Of a stretch of 64,000 bases of DNA, positions 44,496 to 54,435 are shown one piece after another (position 1 is the stretch's first letter; each line of letters opens with the position of its first letter). Source of the stretch: Bacteroidia bacterium. GTDB lineage: Bacteria; Bacteroidota; Bacteroidia; M30B66. A program made the translations under genes and the position numbers. The stretch spans positions 2,688,001 to 2,752,000 of the forward strand of contig OZ257142.1 in NCBI GenBank assembly GCA_965279035.1, read 5' to 3'. Under the pieces are notes generated by a model, which saw nothing but the letters and a program-made list of their open reading frames with translations, searched no databases and had not been told where the DNA came from.

Positions 44496-46943
44496 ATGGC
44501 TTTTCGCTTGCTGCGATGGATTTTACTATTAATTGCCACACTCTTGCTTTGGTGGGTGTATGCACATAAAACGGGGCCGCTTCCCCCTCTGGGATCGTTC
44601 TTTTCGCCCTTTGAAGGATTTTGGCAAAATGCTGAAAATGTATCCGAGAAATCGAATAACTCACTAAAAATTGAGGGATTGAAATCGGAAGCATCGGTAT
44701 CTTATGACGACCGCATGGTGCCTCACGTGTTTGCCGAAAATGAGGAGGATTTATATTTTCTTCAAGGATATGTAACAGCTTCTCAGCGTTTATGGCAGAT
44801 GGATATGCAAGTGAGAGTAGCCGAAGGTCGTTTGAGTGAAGTGATTGGGGAAAAGCTGCTGGAGAAAGACATTGAAGCTCGTCGGATAGGATTGAAATTG
44901 GGCGCTCAACGTTCCCTCGCCTTTCTGAATCTTGATCCGAAAAGCAGGATGATAGCCGAACGTTATGCCGCTGGTGTGAATGCTTGGATTTCAAGTCTTG
45001 ATCCTAAAGATTATCCACTTGAATATAAATTACTTGATTTTAAACCAGAAGCTTGGTCGCCATTTAAAACAGTTTTACTGTTGAAATACATGGCCAATAT
45101 GTTGACTGGTTATGAACACGATTTTGAAAATACCAATGCCGTTAAATTATTGGGATATAATGTGTTGAATCAAATCACACCCGATTTTCCAGATTCATTA
45201 ATAGATCCAATTATTCCTATTGGAACTGTGTTTCCGATGGCTACTATTTTACCTGATAGTCAACAAATTTCGTTTATACCGAAAACCGCTGAAGTTGCTG
45301 CTTTGGCTTATCCATTTGATCGTCCGGAAGCAGATTATGGTAGTAATAACTGGGCTGTGAGCGGAAAAATGACTCAGAATGGGAAACCGATTTTGTGTAA
45401 TGACCCTCATTTGGGATTGAACTTGCCGAGTATTTGGTTTGAAATTCAATTACATACTCCCGATATGAATGTGTATGGGGCAAGTATTCCGGGCGCACCT
45501 TGCGTAATTAGCGGTTTTAATGATAGCATTGCTTGGGGAATTACCAATGCTGCCATGGATGTGAAAGATTGGTATTCCATAGAATTTCGTGATGGAAAAC
45601 GAAAAGAATATTTATACGATGGTATTTGGAAACCAACTAGCTATGTTGTAGAACGCTTTTATGTGCGCGGGAAAGGAATTGTTTACGATACAATTATTCA
45701 TACCGAACAGGGACCGGTTGCCTATGATAAATCGTTTAATCATGGCGTGGAAACGGAAAATAGAGCATTACGCTGGACTGCTCATGATCCAAGCAATGAA
45801 ATGCTGACGTTTTATAACTTGAATAAAGGACAAAATTATTCGGATTATAAATCTGCTATTGCCCATTATCGGTGTCCTGGACAGAATTTCGTATTTGCAT
45901 CGAGTGCTGGAGATATTGCTATTTGGCAGCAAGGAAAATTCGTAAATCGCTTTCCTGAGCAAGGACGATTTGTAATGGATGGAACGACTTCAAAAACTAA
46001 ATGGCGAGGCTATATTCCTCAAGATCATAATCCGCACACCTTGAATCCGGAACGTGGTTGGGTGAGTTCAGCGAATCAACATCCTACCGACTCGACTTAT
46101 CCTTATTACTATACAGGTATTTACGAGTATTTTAGAAATCGTCGAATTAACGAACGCTTAGCTGCATTGACCAATTCGAAAACGATGGTGAAGATGCAGG
46201 ATATGATGGATTTGCAGAATGATAATTACAATTTGTACGCATCGGAGATTTTGCCATTAATGCTTTCTTTATTGAATGATAATGAGATTCGCTCGAACGA
46301 ACGGGAAGGTTTGGCAGAACTGAAAGGTTGGACTTTCTTGAATGATCCAGAATTACGAGCCCCAGTGTATTTTGAAACTTGGTGGAAAAAACTCCATAGT
46401 CGGATTTGGGATGAATTTGATGATGATAAACGATTACTCCAAGCACCTGGTTTTTTTCATACGATTCGATACTTGAAACGTTTTCCAGATGGTGAATTGA
46501 TTGATGATCATACGACGAAGGAAGATGAGAGTTTGGCTCAATTGGTCAACGCGACTTTTCATACTTCGGTTGAAGAAGTTCAGAAATGGGAAAAGGAACA
46601 TCCCAAAGAGGTGTTGACTTGGGCGAATTTCAAACATACCACAGTGACACATTTGAGTCAGCAGTTGGCTTTTAGTGTGGAGAATGTTCAAAATGGCGGA
46701 AATGCAGGAATTGTGAATGCGACGAGTGAGAAAAAAGGTCCAAGTTGGAGAATGGTAGTGAGTCCGGGCAGTGCAGGTGAAGCTTGGGGAATATATCCGG
46801 GTGGACAAAGTGGAAATCCGGGAAGTAAATACTACGCGAATTTTATTGAAGACTGGGGCAAAGGAAAATACTATAACCTCTTATTATTAAAACCCAATGA
46901 ACAACACAGCAGGATCCTATATGTCCAGCGTTGCGCGCCGTAG
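44496..46943 (+). CDS. Penicillin acylase family (peptidase S45, Ntn hydrolase)
   Basis: VPHVFA, GYVTASQRLWQMD, catalytic GSNNW, NDPHL, SANQ, PGGQSGNPGS. Confidence 0.93.
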   Translation: MAFRLLRWILLLIATLLLWWVYAHKTGPLPPLGSFFSPFEGFWQNAENVSEKSNNSLKIEGLKSEASVSYDDRMVPHVFAENEEDLYFLQGYVTASQRLWQMDMQVRVAEGRLSEVIGEKLLEKDIEARRIGLKLGAQRSLAFLNLDPKSRMIAERYAAGVNAWISSLDPKDYPLEYKLLDFKPEAWSPFKTVLLLKYMANMLTGYEHDFENTNAVKLLGYNVLNQITPDFPDSLIDPIIPIGTVFPMATILPDSQQISFIPKTAEVAALAYPFDRPEADYGSNNWAVSGKMTQNGKPILCNDPHLGLNLPSIWFEIQLHTPDMNVYGASIPGAPCVISGFNDSIAWGITNAAMDVKDWYSIEFRDGKRKEYLYDGIWKPTSYVVERFYVRGKGIVYDTIIHTEQGPVAYDKSFNHGVETENRALRWTAHDPSNEMLTFYNLNKGQNYSDYKSAIAHYRCPGQNFVFASSAGDIAIWQQGKFVNRFPEQGRFVMDGTTSKTKWRGYIPQDHNPHTLNPERGWVSSANQHPTDSTYPYYYTGIYEYFRNRRINERLAALTNSKTMVKMQDMMDLQNDNYNLYASEILPLMLSLLNDNEIRSNEREGLAELKGWTFLNDPELRAPVYFETWWKKLHSRIWDEFDDDKRLLQAPGFFHTIRYLKRFPDGELIDDHTTKEDESLAQLVNATFHTSVEEVQKWEKEHPKEVLTWANFKHTTVTHLSQQLAFSVENVQNGGNAGIVNATSEKKGPSWRMVVSPGSAGEAWGIYPGGQSGNPGSKYYANFIEDWGKGKYYNLLLLKPNEQHSRILYVQRCAP

Positions 46944-47304
46944 AGCTCGTCGTTGGTTTATACCGCGCATGCTGTTGATTGTAATCATAGCTGGCGTGGC
47001 ACAATGGTATTTGCCTTTTTGGAGCATGCCGACAAGTTGTTTTGTACTTGGCTTTTTGACTGCTCCTGTAAATCGTTCGGCTTTTTGGGCTGGCTTTATA
47101 GGTATTTTTCTGTTGTGGACAGGAATGGCAATATCTATTGATTGGATGAACGATTCGATCTTATCGCAACGGGTGATTCAGTTGTTTCCTTTGCCTAAAT
47201 CGTCGGCCTTGTTGATTCTGATTACAGGTATTATTGGAGGAATCTTGGGTGGAATGGCGAGTAAGACGGGAGATTTGTTGAGGCGATTTTTCATTCGGGA
47301 ATGA
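46921..47304 (+). CDS. Hypothetical multi-pass membrane protein
   Basis: Three to four hydrophobic segments. Overlaps the 3' end of the acylase gene. Start at 46921 or 46897 is uncertain. Confidence 0.7.
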   Translation: MSSVARRRARRWFIPRMLLIVIIAGVAQWYLPFWSMPTSCFVLGFLTAPVNRSAFWAGFIGIFLLWTGMAISIDWMNDSILSQRVIQLFPLPKSSALLILITGIIGGILGGMASKTGDLLRRFFIRE

Positions 47305-47606
47305 CCTCGGACTGAATTCCTAGGGTGCGGGGAGGAAATTGTAGCATTTTAGGTATGGGGTACGGGTAGTGAATTGTAGCATTTGAGGTATAGTAGCCTC
47401 GGACTTTAGTCCGAGGGTGCGGGGAGGAAATTGTAGCATTTTAGGTATGGTAGCCCCGGACTTAAGTCCAGGGGTACCAGAGAAAAATGATGCATTAGGG
47501 GAAGTAGTAATTATTCTTTCAGAAGCACTATCAATTCCCGAGCACTATTGCTTCAGGGGAAATTCAGCAGCCTCGGACTTAAGTCCGGGTGTACCAGAGA
47601 AAAATG
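47305..47606 (+). repeat. Cluster of four GTAG-type REP-like palindromes with duplicated linkers
   Basis: GTAG-CCTCGGACT-TT-AGTCCGAGG (47393-47416) with variants at 47305, 47450 and 47567. 37-bp linker duplicated (47322-47358, 47414-47450). GTACCAGAGAAAAATG duplicated (47474, 47591). Confidence 0.8.
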
Positions 47607-47644
47607 TTGCAATAGGATAAGAATTTAATATTCGTATTTTGTAT

Positions 47645-47669
47645 GGAACATTTTATTAATTTCGCCGTT
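47645..47669 (+). promoter_or_regulatory. Candidate rpoD promoter(s)
   Basis: GGAAC-N16-CGTT (ECF-like) overlapping TAATTTCG (-7 variant, 47657-47664), about 30 nt upstream of the ATG. Confidence 0.3.
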
Positions 47670-47699
47670 TCGTTCTAGCTCCTCAAACTATATCAAAAC

Positions 47700-48563
47700 A
47701 TGAGACAACTAAAGATTACCAAGCAGGTTACGAACCGGGAAACAGCGTCCTTAGACAAGTACCTTCAGGAAATCGGTAAAGTTGAGCTCATCACTGCAGA
47801 AGAAGAAGTTCAATTGGCGCAACGTATTCGTCAAGGTGATCAGTCTGCTTTAGAAAAACTCACCAAGGCCAACCTACGATTTGTGGTTTCTGTTTCGAAA
47901 CAGTATCAGAATCAAGGATTGAGTCTTCCCGATTTGATTAATGAAGGAAATTTAGGATTGATTAAAGCTGCACAGCGCTTTGATGAGACTCGTGGTTTCA
48001 AATTTATTTCGTATGCTGTTTGGTGGATTCGTCAATCGATACTTCAGGCATTAGCAGAGCAATCGCGTATTGTTCGTTTGCCATTGAATAAGATTGGATC
48101 GATAAACAAGATTAACAAAGCCTTCTCTAAGCTAGAGCAGGAATATGAGCGCGAACCAAGTGCTGAAGAAATTGCTGAATTGCTTGAACTTACTGAAAAT
48201 GATGTAAAGGAAAGCATGAAAAATTCGGGACGCCATATTTCGATGGATGCTCCTCTGGTTCAAGGTGAAGAAAGTAATATGTATGATGTATTGCGTTCGA
48301 GCGATAGTCCAAGTCCGGAAGCTGGTTTGATTAACGATTCGTTACGTAAAGAAATTGATCGTGCATTATCGACATTAACAGCTCGTGAAGCGGATGTGAT
48401 TAAGTATTACTTCGGCTTGAATGGTGAACATGCGATGACTTTGGAAGAGATTGGTGAAAAGTTCGATTTAACACGTGAGCGTGTTCGTCAGATCAAGGAA
48501 AAAGCGATTCGTCGTTTGAAACAGACTTCACGAAGTAAGATTCTGAAAACGTATTTAGGTTAA
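47700..48563 (+). CDS. rpoD: RNA polymerase sigma factor, RpoD/SigA family (short Bacteroidetes type)
   Basis: [72 protein letters not shown]. 287 aa. Confidence 0.95.
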   Translation: MRQLKITKQVTNRETASLDKYLQEIGKVELITAEEEVQLAQRIRQGDQSALEKLTKANLRFVVSVSKQYQNQGLSLPDLINEGNLGLIKAAQRFDETRGFKFISYAVWWIRQSILQALAEQSRIVRLPLNKIGSINKINKAFSKLEQEYEREPSAEEIAELLELTENDVKESMKNSGRHISMDAPLVQGEESNMYDVLRSSDSPSPEAGLINDSLRKEIDRALSTLTAREADVIKYYFGLNGEHAMTLEEIGEKFDLTRERVRQIKEKAIRRLKQTSRSKILKTYLG

Positions 48564-48597
48564 AAAAAATCCCCGGTTTTGCCGGGGATTTTTTTTT
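48562..48597 (+). terminator. Intrinsic (bidirectional-type) terminator of rpoD
   Basis: A-run, TCCCCGG-TTTTG-CCGGGGA, then a 9-T tail directly after the stop. Confidence 0.9.
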
Positions 48598-48604
48598 GAT
48601 GTGC

Positions 48605-48667
48605 TCGCTCCCTTCGACAAGCTCAGGGAGCGAATAAATCCGCGCGCTGAGCTTGGCGAAGCGTGCG
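48605..48667. repeat. Inverted pair of CTTCGACAAGCTCAG-type REP-like hairpins
   Basis: CGCTCCCT-TCGACAAGCTC-AGGGAGCG followed by the inverted variant GCGCGCT-GAGCTTGGCGA-AGCGTGC. Confidence 0.7.
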
Positions 48668-48763
48668 TGATAATTGTGGGGACAAATACCTTTTAAAAAA
48701 GAAAGTCTATTTAGCTGAATTTAAATAAATTGATTAGGTTTGGTTAAGCAAATTCTGATATTT

Positions 48764-51076
48764 ATGATGAAACGTTTCCTTTTCTTTTTATTGGCATTGG
48801 TATGTGTGGGCGGCACTATGCAGGCTCAAACATTAAATGAGGAAGATCAATATAAATTGGATCATCCAACAGTTATTCCGACAATGAACAATGCTCAACG
48901 CTCTGGTGAACCGGGATCGGATTGTGAATATGCTCTTCCACTAACAAGTGGACAATTTTACTTTTTGCCTACTGTAAATTCCAGTTTGAATAACATTATC
49001 AATGGAGCTGCAAGTATGGGAACCAATCCAGTTCAGCTTCCCAACAATTGTTTAGCAACTGCACCAAATCAAACATGGTTCTCGTTTGCTGTTGAAGACA
49101 CAGGATATGTAGGAATTAACCTTATAGGTACATATGATTATGATTATTTGTTGATCGATGGAACCAATTTCCCTTGTGCTGAATTTGACACTTTTACCTA
49201 TGCATATCAATTCCCACCTGTATTGGGATGTAGCTATAGTGCATCACCAAACGAATATGTAAATGTTGGTTGTTTGCCGGGAAGAACCTATTATTTGATC
49301 ATTACCAATTTTTCAAATATGCCAGATCCTTTTCAACTTATTGTTGGAGGAAGTGTAGGTATTATCCCAATTAATAGCAGTGTAGTAAGTGGAAAAGTCT
49401 ATGCCGATTTAAATAATAATTGTGTGTATGATACTGGCGATACACCAATTTCAAACGCTCAGGTAGTTTATCAAGGAACCATTTTATATGATATTACTGA
49501 CCTAAATGGAGATTATTCTCTTTTAGTTCCAGCGAGTTCAACAGGAAATATACAAGTGAGTAATGGTAATCTATCTCCATTGCTTTGGCAAAACAACTGT
49601 TCTGAACAACAACCTATTTTCGCTCTTGATTTTGGAGGAGGCTCAACAATGACGGCAGATGTGGCTTATTATAGCAGTATAAGTTGTGCTATTCCATCGG
49701 TGAGTACTTCAACCAGCTTTATGCGACGTTGTTTTACGAATACTCGTCAGGTTCAATATTGTAATCAAGGGACATTGCCTGTTGAAAATGCCGTTGTAAC
49801 ATTGACCTATGAGCCAGGAATTTATCCTGTGTATTTTTCTGCAGCGTATACTCAAAATGGAAATGAATACAGTTTTTCTATTGATACAATTCCAGTAGGT
49901 GGTTGTGGTAGTTTTTATGTGATTGATTCGGTTGGATGTGAAAATGGTATTGGAAGCTATGCCTTGGTTGAAGCACGAATTACACCTATTCCAACCTGTG
50001 TTTTATTGCCAGTAGATTGGGATCAATCAGACTTGGAAGTTCACGCTATTTGTAGCGATAGCATCAATGCAACATTCACAGTAAGCAATACTGGTAATGC
50101 AAATATGTCGACTGCGATGCCATACGAAATTCGAAGAAATAATATATTAGAAAGTGCAGGGACAATCCAATTAAATGCTGGGGCATCACAAAGTTTCAAT
50201 GTTGCAAACGACAATGATATGGTGATGTTGAAAGTATATGAAACCGATGGAAATCCTTTCAATACTATCGCTTGGGGATTTAGTGATTGTCATAGTGCTT
50301 TGAATTTTGGTGGCACATCTCCAAGTTTAGCCATAAATGACCTACAACCTTGGTTAGATCAAGACATTGAAGTAATCATTGGTTCATTTGATCCAAACGA
50401 TAAATTTGCTTGGCCTTTTGGTGAAGGAAACACATCGAAAATAGATCGTTTAGACGATTTAGAATACCGAATTCGTTTTCAAAATACAGGGAATGATACT
50501 GCATTTACTATTGTCGTTGTTGATACCTTGAGTGATCTTTTAGATCCGACTTCAATTCGAATTACAGGAAATAGTCATCCGTATATTTATGAGGTTAATG
50601 GGAATGTTGTAACCTTTACTTTCCCGAATATCGAGCTACCAGATTCATCCACGAATATGGCTGGAAGTATTGGATATATCCGATTTAATGTTGCTCAGCA
50701 AGTTGGCAATCCTGCCAATTATGAGATTGATAATTTTGCTGATATTTATTTTGATTTTAATCCTCCAATTCGCACCAATACAGCCATTCGTACTGTTGGA
50801 GATATTGCTTTGGGTATTTCTACAGCTTCAAATGATAAGCTCCTTGCCTACCCTATTCCAGCAAAAGATTTGGCGACATTTGTATTACCTGAATCATGGA
50901 CCAACAATTACTATTCGTTGACTTTGTTTGATATGATGGGAAAAAGAATGCAATCTCAATTAGGTAAAGGCAGGAATTGCTCAACACTTGTTTCTAAGCT
51001 TTCAAGTGGAATGTATTTAGTTGTTTTTCAATCGAAAGATGGAAAGATTGCTCGCACAACGATTATAGTGGAATAA
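48764..51076 (+). CDS. T9SS-secreted Cys-rich protein with DUF7619-like domain
   Basis: Signal peptide, CLATAPNQTWFSF domain, GKVYADLNNNC, GSFDPNDK..YRIRFQNTGNDTA..IYFDFNPPI, AYPIPA..SGMYLV CTD. Confidence 0.88.
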   Translation: MMKRFLFFLLALVCVGGTMQAQTLNEEDQYKLDHPTVIPTMNNAQRSGEPGSDCEYALPLTSGQFYFLPTVNSSLNNIINGAASMGTNPVQLPNNCLATAPNQTWFSFAVEDTGYVGINLIGTYDYDYLLIDGTNFPCAEFDTFTYAYQFPPVLGCSYSASPNEYVNVGCLPGRTYYLIITNFSNMPDPFQLIVGGSVGIIPINSSVVSGKVYADLNNNCVYDTGDTPISNAQVVYQGTILYDITDLNGDYSLLVPASSTGNIQVSNGNLSPLLWQNNCSEQQPIFALDFGGGSTMTADVAYYSSISCAIPSVSTSTSFMRRCFTNTRQVQYCNQGTLPVENAVVTLTYEPGIYPVYFSAAYTQNGNEYSFSIDTIPVGGCGSFYVIDSVGCENGIGSYALVEARITPIPTCVLLPVDWDQSDLEVHAICSDSINATFTVSNTGNANMSTAMPYEIRRNNILESAGTIQLNAGASQSFNVANDNDMVMLKVYETDGNPFNTIAWGFSDCHSALNFGGTSPSLAINDLQPWLDQDIEVIIGSFDPNDKFAWPFGEGNTSKIDRLDDLEYRIRFQNTGNDTAFTIVVVDTLSDLLDPTSIRITGNSHPYIYEVNGNVVTFTFPNIELPDSSTNMAGSIGYIRFNVAQQVGNPANYEIDNFADIYFDFNPPIRTNTAIRTVGDIALGISTASNDKLLAYPIPAKDLATFVLPESWTNNYYSLTLFDMMGKRMQSQLGKGRNCSTLVSKLSSGMYLVVFQSKDGKIARTTIIVE

Positions 51077-51099
51077 AGAAAATAATCTTCCAAAAACAG

Positions 51100-51132
51100 A
51101 GACCGTTTGGCATAGGCTAGACGGTCTTTTTT
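51100..51132 (+). terminator. Intrinsic terminator
   Basis: AGACCGTTTGGC / GCTAGACGGTCT stem followed by a T-run, about 24 nt after the stop. Confidence 0.8.
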
Positions 51133-51231
51133 GTTAAAATATTCGTATTAATTTTCAATGGCGTGTTCTATTTTGGGAAAGCCCCAAGAATGAACTATTA
51201 TTTATTTTATATTTAATTGATTATATCGACT

Positions 51232-52602
51232 CACACCCGTCCAAGACGTTTTAAAATAGGGTAAAAAAATAGAGTTGGTCCGGATTAAATCCGGTATGTT
51301 TGAGTTACGACACAAAAACATAAACCAACTCCGGCATGAAGATCACATTATTTGCTCAGATATTCCAAAAAATTAAGCGAGATTCTTTCAATAAACTAGT
51401 AGAAAAGTTTGAGTCCAATAAACATTGTAAAGGCAATGATGCTTGGTCTCACTTTGTGACAATGGTTTTTTGCCAGTTTTCCAAGTCTAATAGCTTAAAT
51501 GACGTTTGCAATGGAATGCGATCAGCAACAGGCGATTTAAATCATCTGGGAGTGTCAAAAGCCATGAGGCGATCATCGTTGGCATATAATAACCAACATC
51601 GCAACTGGGAGCTGTTTCAAGCGATGTATTTTAACTTGTATGAGCAGTTTGAATCAACCTTAAAAACAAGCCGAAAGCTGCTTCCCAAACGTAAAATCTA
51701 TCTGCTCGATTCAACCACGATTGACCTTTGTCTTAAAGTGTTCGACTGGGCACTATTTCGAAAGAAGAAGGGAGCTATAAAACTTCACACAGTCCTTGAC
51801 TTTGACGGCTGTATGCCCGTTTTTGCTGATTTGAGTGATGGCAAAAAGCACGATGTAAATGCAGCACATGATATTGAATTTCCCACAGGAAGCATTGTTG
51901 TAGCTGATAGAGGATATGTCGATTTTAACTGGATGAGAAAATTAGATGAACAAGGAGTATTCTTTGTTATTCGAGGAAAAGAAAACATTCAGTTTGAACT
52001 TTATGAGCGAACTAAGAGCCCAACCGATGAAGCAAATCCAGACTTGCAATACGACTGGAAAGGCTTTTTGAGTTTACCTCAATCAAAAGAAAAATACCCG
52101 CAAAAGCTCCGAATGGTTCAGATCTGGGATGAAGAACAACAGATATATCTTGAACTTCTTACAAACAATTTTTCTTGGACAGCATCGACCATTTCAGAAC
52201 TATATAAACGTAGATGGAGCATCGAATCGTTCTTCAAGGAGATCAAAACACACCTGAAAATCAAGTCTTTCATAGGAACCAGCATGAATGCTGTTCTGAT
52301 ACAGATTTGGACAGCACTAATCACCATACTGCTTTTAAAGACACTTCAAAAGGAAGCAAAACACTCTTGGCACCTCTCAAATTTGGTGTCCTTTATTCGA
52401 TTAAATCTCTTTGTGAAAATTGACCTCAAAAAATGGCTTGATAAACCCTTTTTAGATGATGACGAAATTGATAAACTGGAATTACAAATGTCCCTTTTTT
52501 AAATTATAGAGGGTTTAATTTTCAAAAGAGCGTTCTTTGATGAGTAATCTCGCATCAAATCAGGATTGTATTTTCGTTATACAAACGTCTTGGACGGGTG
52601 TG
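51232..52602 (+). mobile_element. IS4-family insertion sequence, copy 3
   Basis: Same TIRs, 1,371 bp. TSD ATATCGACT at 51223-51231 and 52603-52611. Confidence 0.96.
51336..52502 (+). CDS. IS4-family DDE transposase
   Basis: 388 aa, identical to the other copies. Confidence 0.95.
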   Translation: MKITLFAQIFQKIKRDSFNKLVEKFESNKHCKGNDAWSHFVTMVFCQFSKSNSLNDVCNGMRSATGDLNHLGVSKAMRRSSLAYNNQHRNWELFQAMYFNLYEQFESTLKTSRKLLPKRKIYLLDSTTIDLCLKVFDWALFRKKKGAIKLHTVLDFDGCMPVFADLSDGKKHDVNAAHDIEFPTGSIVVADRGYVDFNWMRKLDEQGVFFVIRGKENIQFELYERTKSPTDEANPDLQYDWKGFLSLPQSKEKYPQKLRMVQIWDEEQQIYLELLTNNFSWTASTISELYKRRWSIESFFKEIKTHLKIKSFIGTSMNAVLIQIWTALITILLLKTLQKEAKHSWHLSNLVSFIRLNLFVKIDLKKWLDKPFLDDDEIDKLELQMSLF

Positions 52603-52636
52603 ATATCGACTATGTTTTTTACGAATATCATTTAAT

Positions 52637-54379
52637 ATGAAAAATTTCTATTTAGTCATTTTCACACTATTATCACTTAACACCCAAGCTCAACAATTGC
52701 AATGGGAAAAGGTGATACAGAAAGGCTGGGAGCATGAAATATTATCACAATTTCAATTAGATAATGGAAAAGTTGTATTGCATGCATTGACGCATGCATC
52801 CGGATCAAAAGTTAAAGACAATGAACTCATTCATATAGATTGGGATGGTACTTATTCAGATAGTGCCTATTGGTTTGTAGAACGTTGGACAAAACTTTCT
52901 CAGTCAAATAATGAACCTGAAAAGCTCATTGGAGTTGGTAATTCAGAATATGTATGTGCAATGGATGTTGTTCTCCCTTGGGGCTATTGGGATTTCAATA
53001 TTTTGAATGCCGACACCAAGGAATTATTAAATCAAGCTGATCCACGTCAGTATTATTCAGAACATAATTTGTTTATCGACTATACTGAATACCCATTTTG
53101 TGATGGTGCTTTTATGAGTTCAACTGGAAGTTGGATTGCTATTGGTGATACTATGTTCCAACGGGTTCATGGTGTCCAATATGAATGCAATGCTTTTCTG
53201 GATACACTTCCAATTTCACTACTCTGTTTATTTCCTTTTCAGGAAGATTTAGGCTTAGCATTTTCACAACATGCAGTTTATTCACTCGATACCAATGCGA
53301 ATATGAGTGAAATAAATGCATTTAATTTTACAATTGATTCTGTTACAACAACCTATTCAGATACAAACTATTTACTGATTTGCCCAGATACATTTCGTAT
53401 TAGTGATCAATCGGGAAACATCCTGGATCAGCTTGCTAGAGTCGATTTAATAGATTCGATCTATCAAGTAAGTTATAAAGAAAATCAGTTTTGGGTATTA
53501 GGTGAATTGAATAATTCCGTGGTTCTAAATTCGTATGAAAATGGTCTCTTTATTTCATCATTTCCAATTGATACTAGTAAAGCTCAATTTATACGTTTTG
53601 CTTTGAATCCCAATAATCAACAATTCATGCTCATTGGGTATGAGTCGGCAGTTATTAATAAACATCTTTTAATGCAGGTATATGATATAAATGCGCCTTC
53701 AATTGTTAAATCTAATGAGAATATTGCTTTAACGGGTGTTGATATGATTAGTGTAACTCCCTCGTATTGTGGAAATCCATTTTTACATGCTTATTTATAT
53801 TATATTCAATATGATATAACCATAGAGAATCGATCTGATTCAGTCATTCAATCATTATTCATAAACAGTCAATGGGAGCCATCTTGGATAAATGTTTATG
53901 GCTGCAATCTATATTGCTACGATTATCAAAAAACACTGAATAAATCCAATTTAAATCTTGCTCCAGGTGCAAGCGCTATACTGCCTTTTAGCATTGTTGT
54001 TAGTAGTTCTTTATCGCCATTACCAATTTGCTTTTGGACAAGCACTCCGAATGGCCAGCCGGATCGTGATCCAAGCGATGATCAAATTTGTTTTGACATT
54101 CCACTAGGACTAGATGAAATCAATTTAGAAAATAATGAGATCAGGGCTTATCCAAATCCAACACAGGATATCACACATTTTATTTTTCCTGAAAATTGGA
54201 CAAACAAGAAAATTGACTATTGCATTTCGGATTTAACGGGTAGAAAATTAGAAATGAATCAATGCGTTGGTCAATCATTAACGCTTAGTACAGCTCATCT
54301 AAAAGAAGGCTTGTATTTCGTTGTATTTAAAATGGATGATGGGAAAAGAGCAACAATTCCTTTAATGGTATTGAAATAA
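52637..54379 (+). CDS. T9SS-secreted protein of unknown function
   Basis: Signal peptide MKNFYLVIFTLLSLNTQA, Ig/CARDB-like segment (ICFWTSTPNGQPD), AYPNPT..EGLYFV CTD. Confidence 0.85.
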   Translation: MKNFYLVIFTLLSLNTQAQQLQWEKVIQKGWEHEILSQFQLDNGKVVLHALTHASGSKVKDNELIHIDWDGTYSDSAYWFVERWTKLSQSNNEPEKLIGVGNSEYVCAMDVVLPWGYWDFNILNADTKELLNQADPRQYYSEHNLFIDYTEYPFCDGAFMSSTGSWIAIGDTMFQRVHGVQYECNAFLDTLPISLLCLFPFQEDLGLAFSQHAVYSLDTNANMSEINAFNFTIDSVTTTYSDTNYLLICPDTFRISDQSGNILDQLARVDLIDSIYQVSYKENQFWVLGELNNSVVLNSYENGLFISSFPIDTSKAQFIRFALNPNNQQFMLIGYESAVINKHLLMQVYDINAPSIVKSNENIALTGVDMISVTPSYCGNPFLHAYLYYIQYDITIENRSDSVIQSLFINSQWEPSWINVYGCNLYCYDYQKTLNKSNLNLAPGASAILPFSIVVSSSLSPLPICFWTSTPNGQPDRDPSDDQICFDIPLGLDEINLENNEIRAYPNPTQDITHFIFPENWTNKKIDYCISDLTGRKLEMNQCVGQSLTLSTAHLKEGLYFVVFKMDDGKRATIPLMVLK

Positions 54380-54386
54380 TTAAAAT

Positions 54387-54418
54387 AAAAAGGGCATCTG
54401 CTTTCACAAATGCCCCTT
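54387..54418. terminator. Probable terminator between convergent genes
   Basis: AAAAAGGGCATCTG-CTTTCA-CAAATGCCCCTT imperfect hairpin. Confidence 0.55.
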
Positions 54419-54435
54419 AATTGAATGAATTAGCA

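Noticed and set aside
44482-44994. 170-aa antisense ORF, and the other short ORFs overlapping long genes
   Set aside because: Opposite-strand or alternate-frame shadows of well-supported genes, with no motif support.
47305-47606. CRISPR mini-array
   Set aside because: Unit spacing is irregular, the 'spacers' are duplicates of each other, the repeats are degenerate REP-like palindromes, and no cas genes are present.
47417-47620. 67-aa ORF with repeated DLSPGVPEKN
   Set aside because: It is a translation of the REP palindromes and duplicated tails, with a GTG start inside a repeat.
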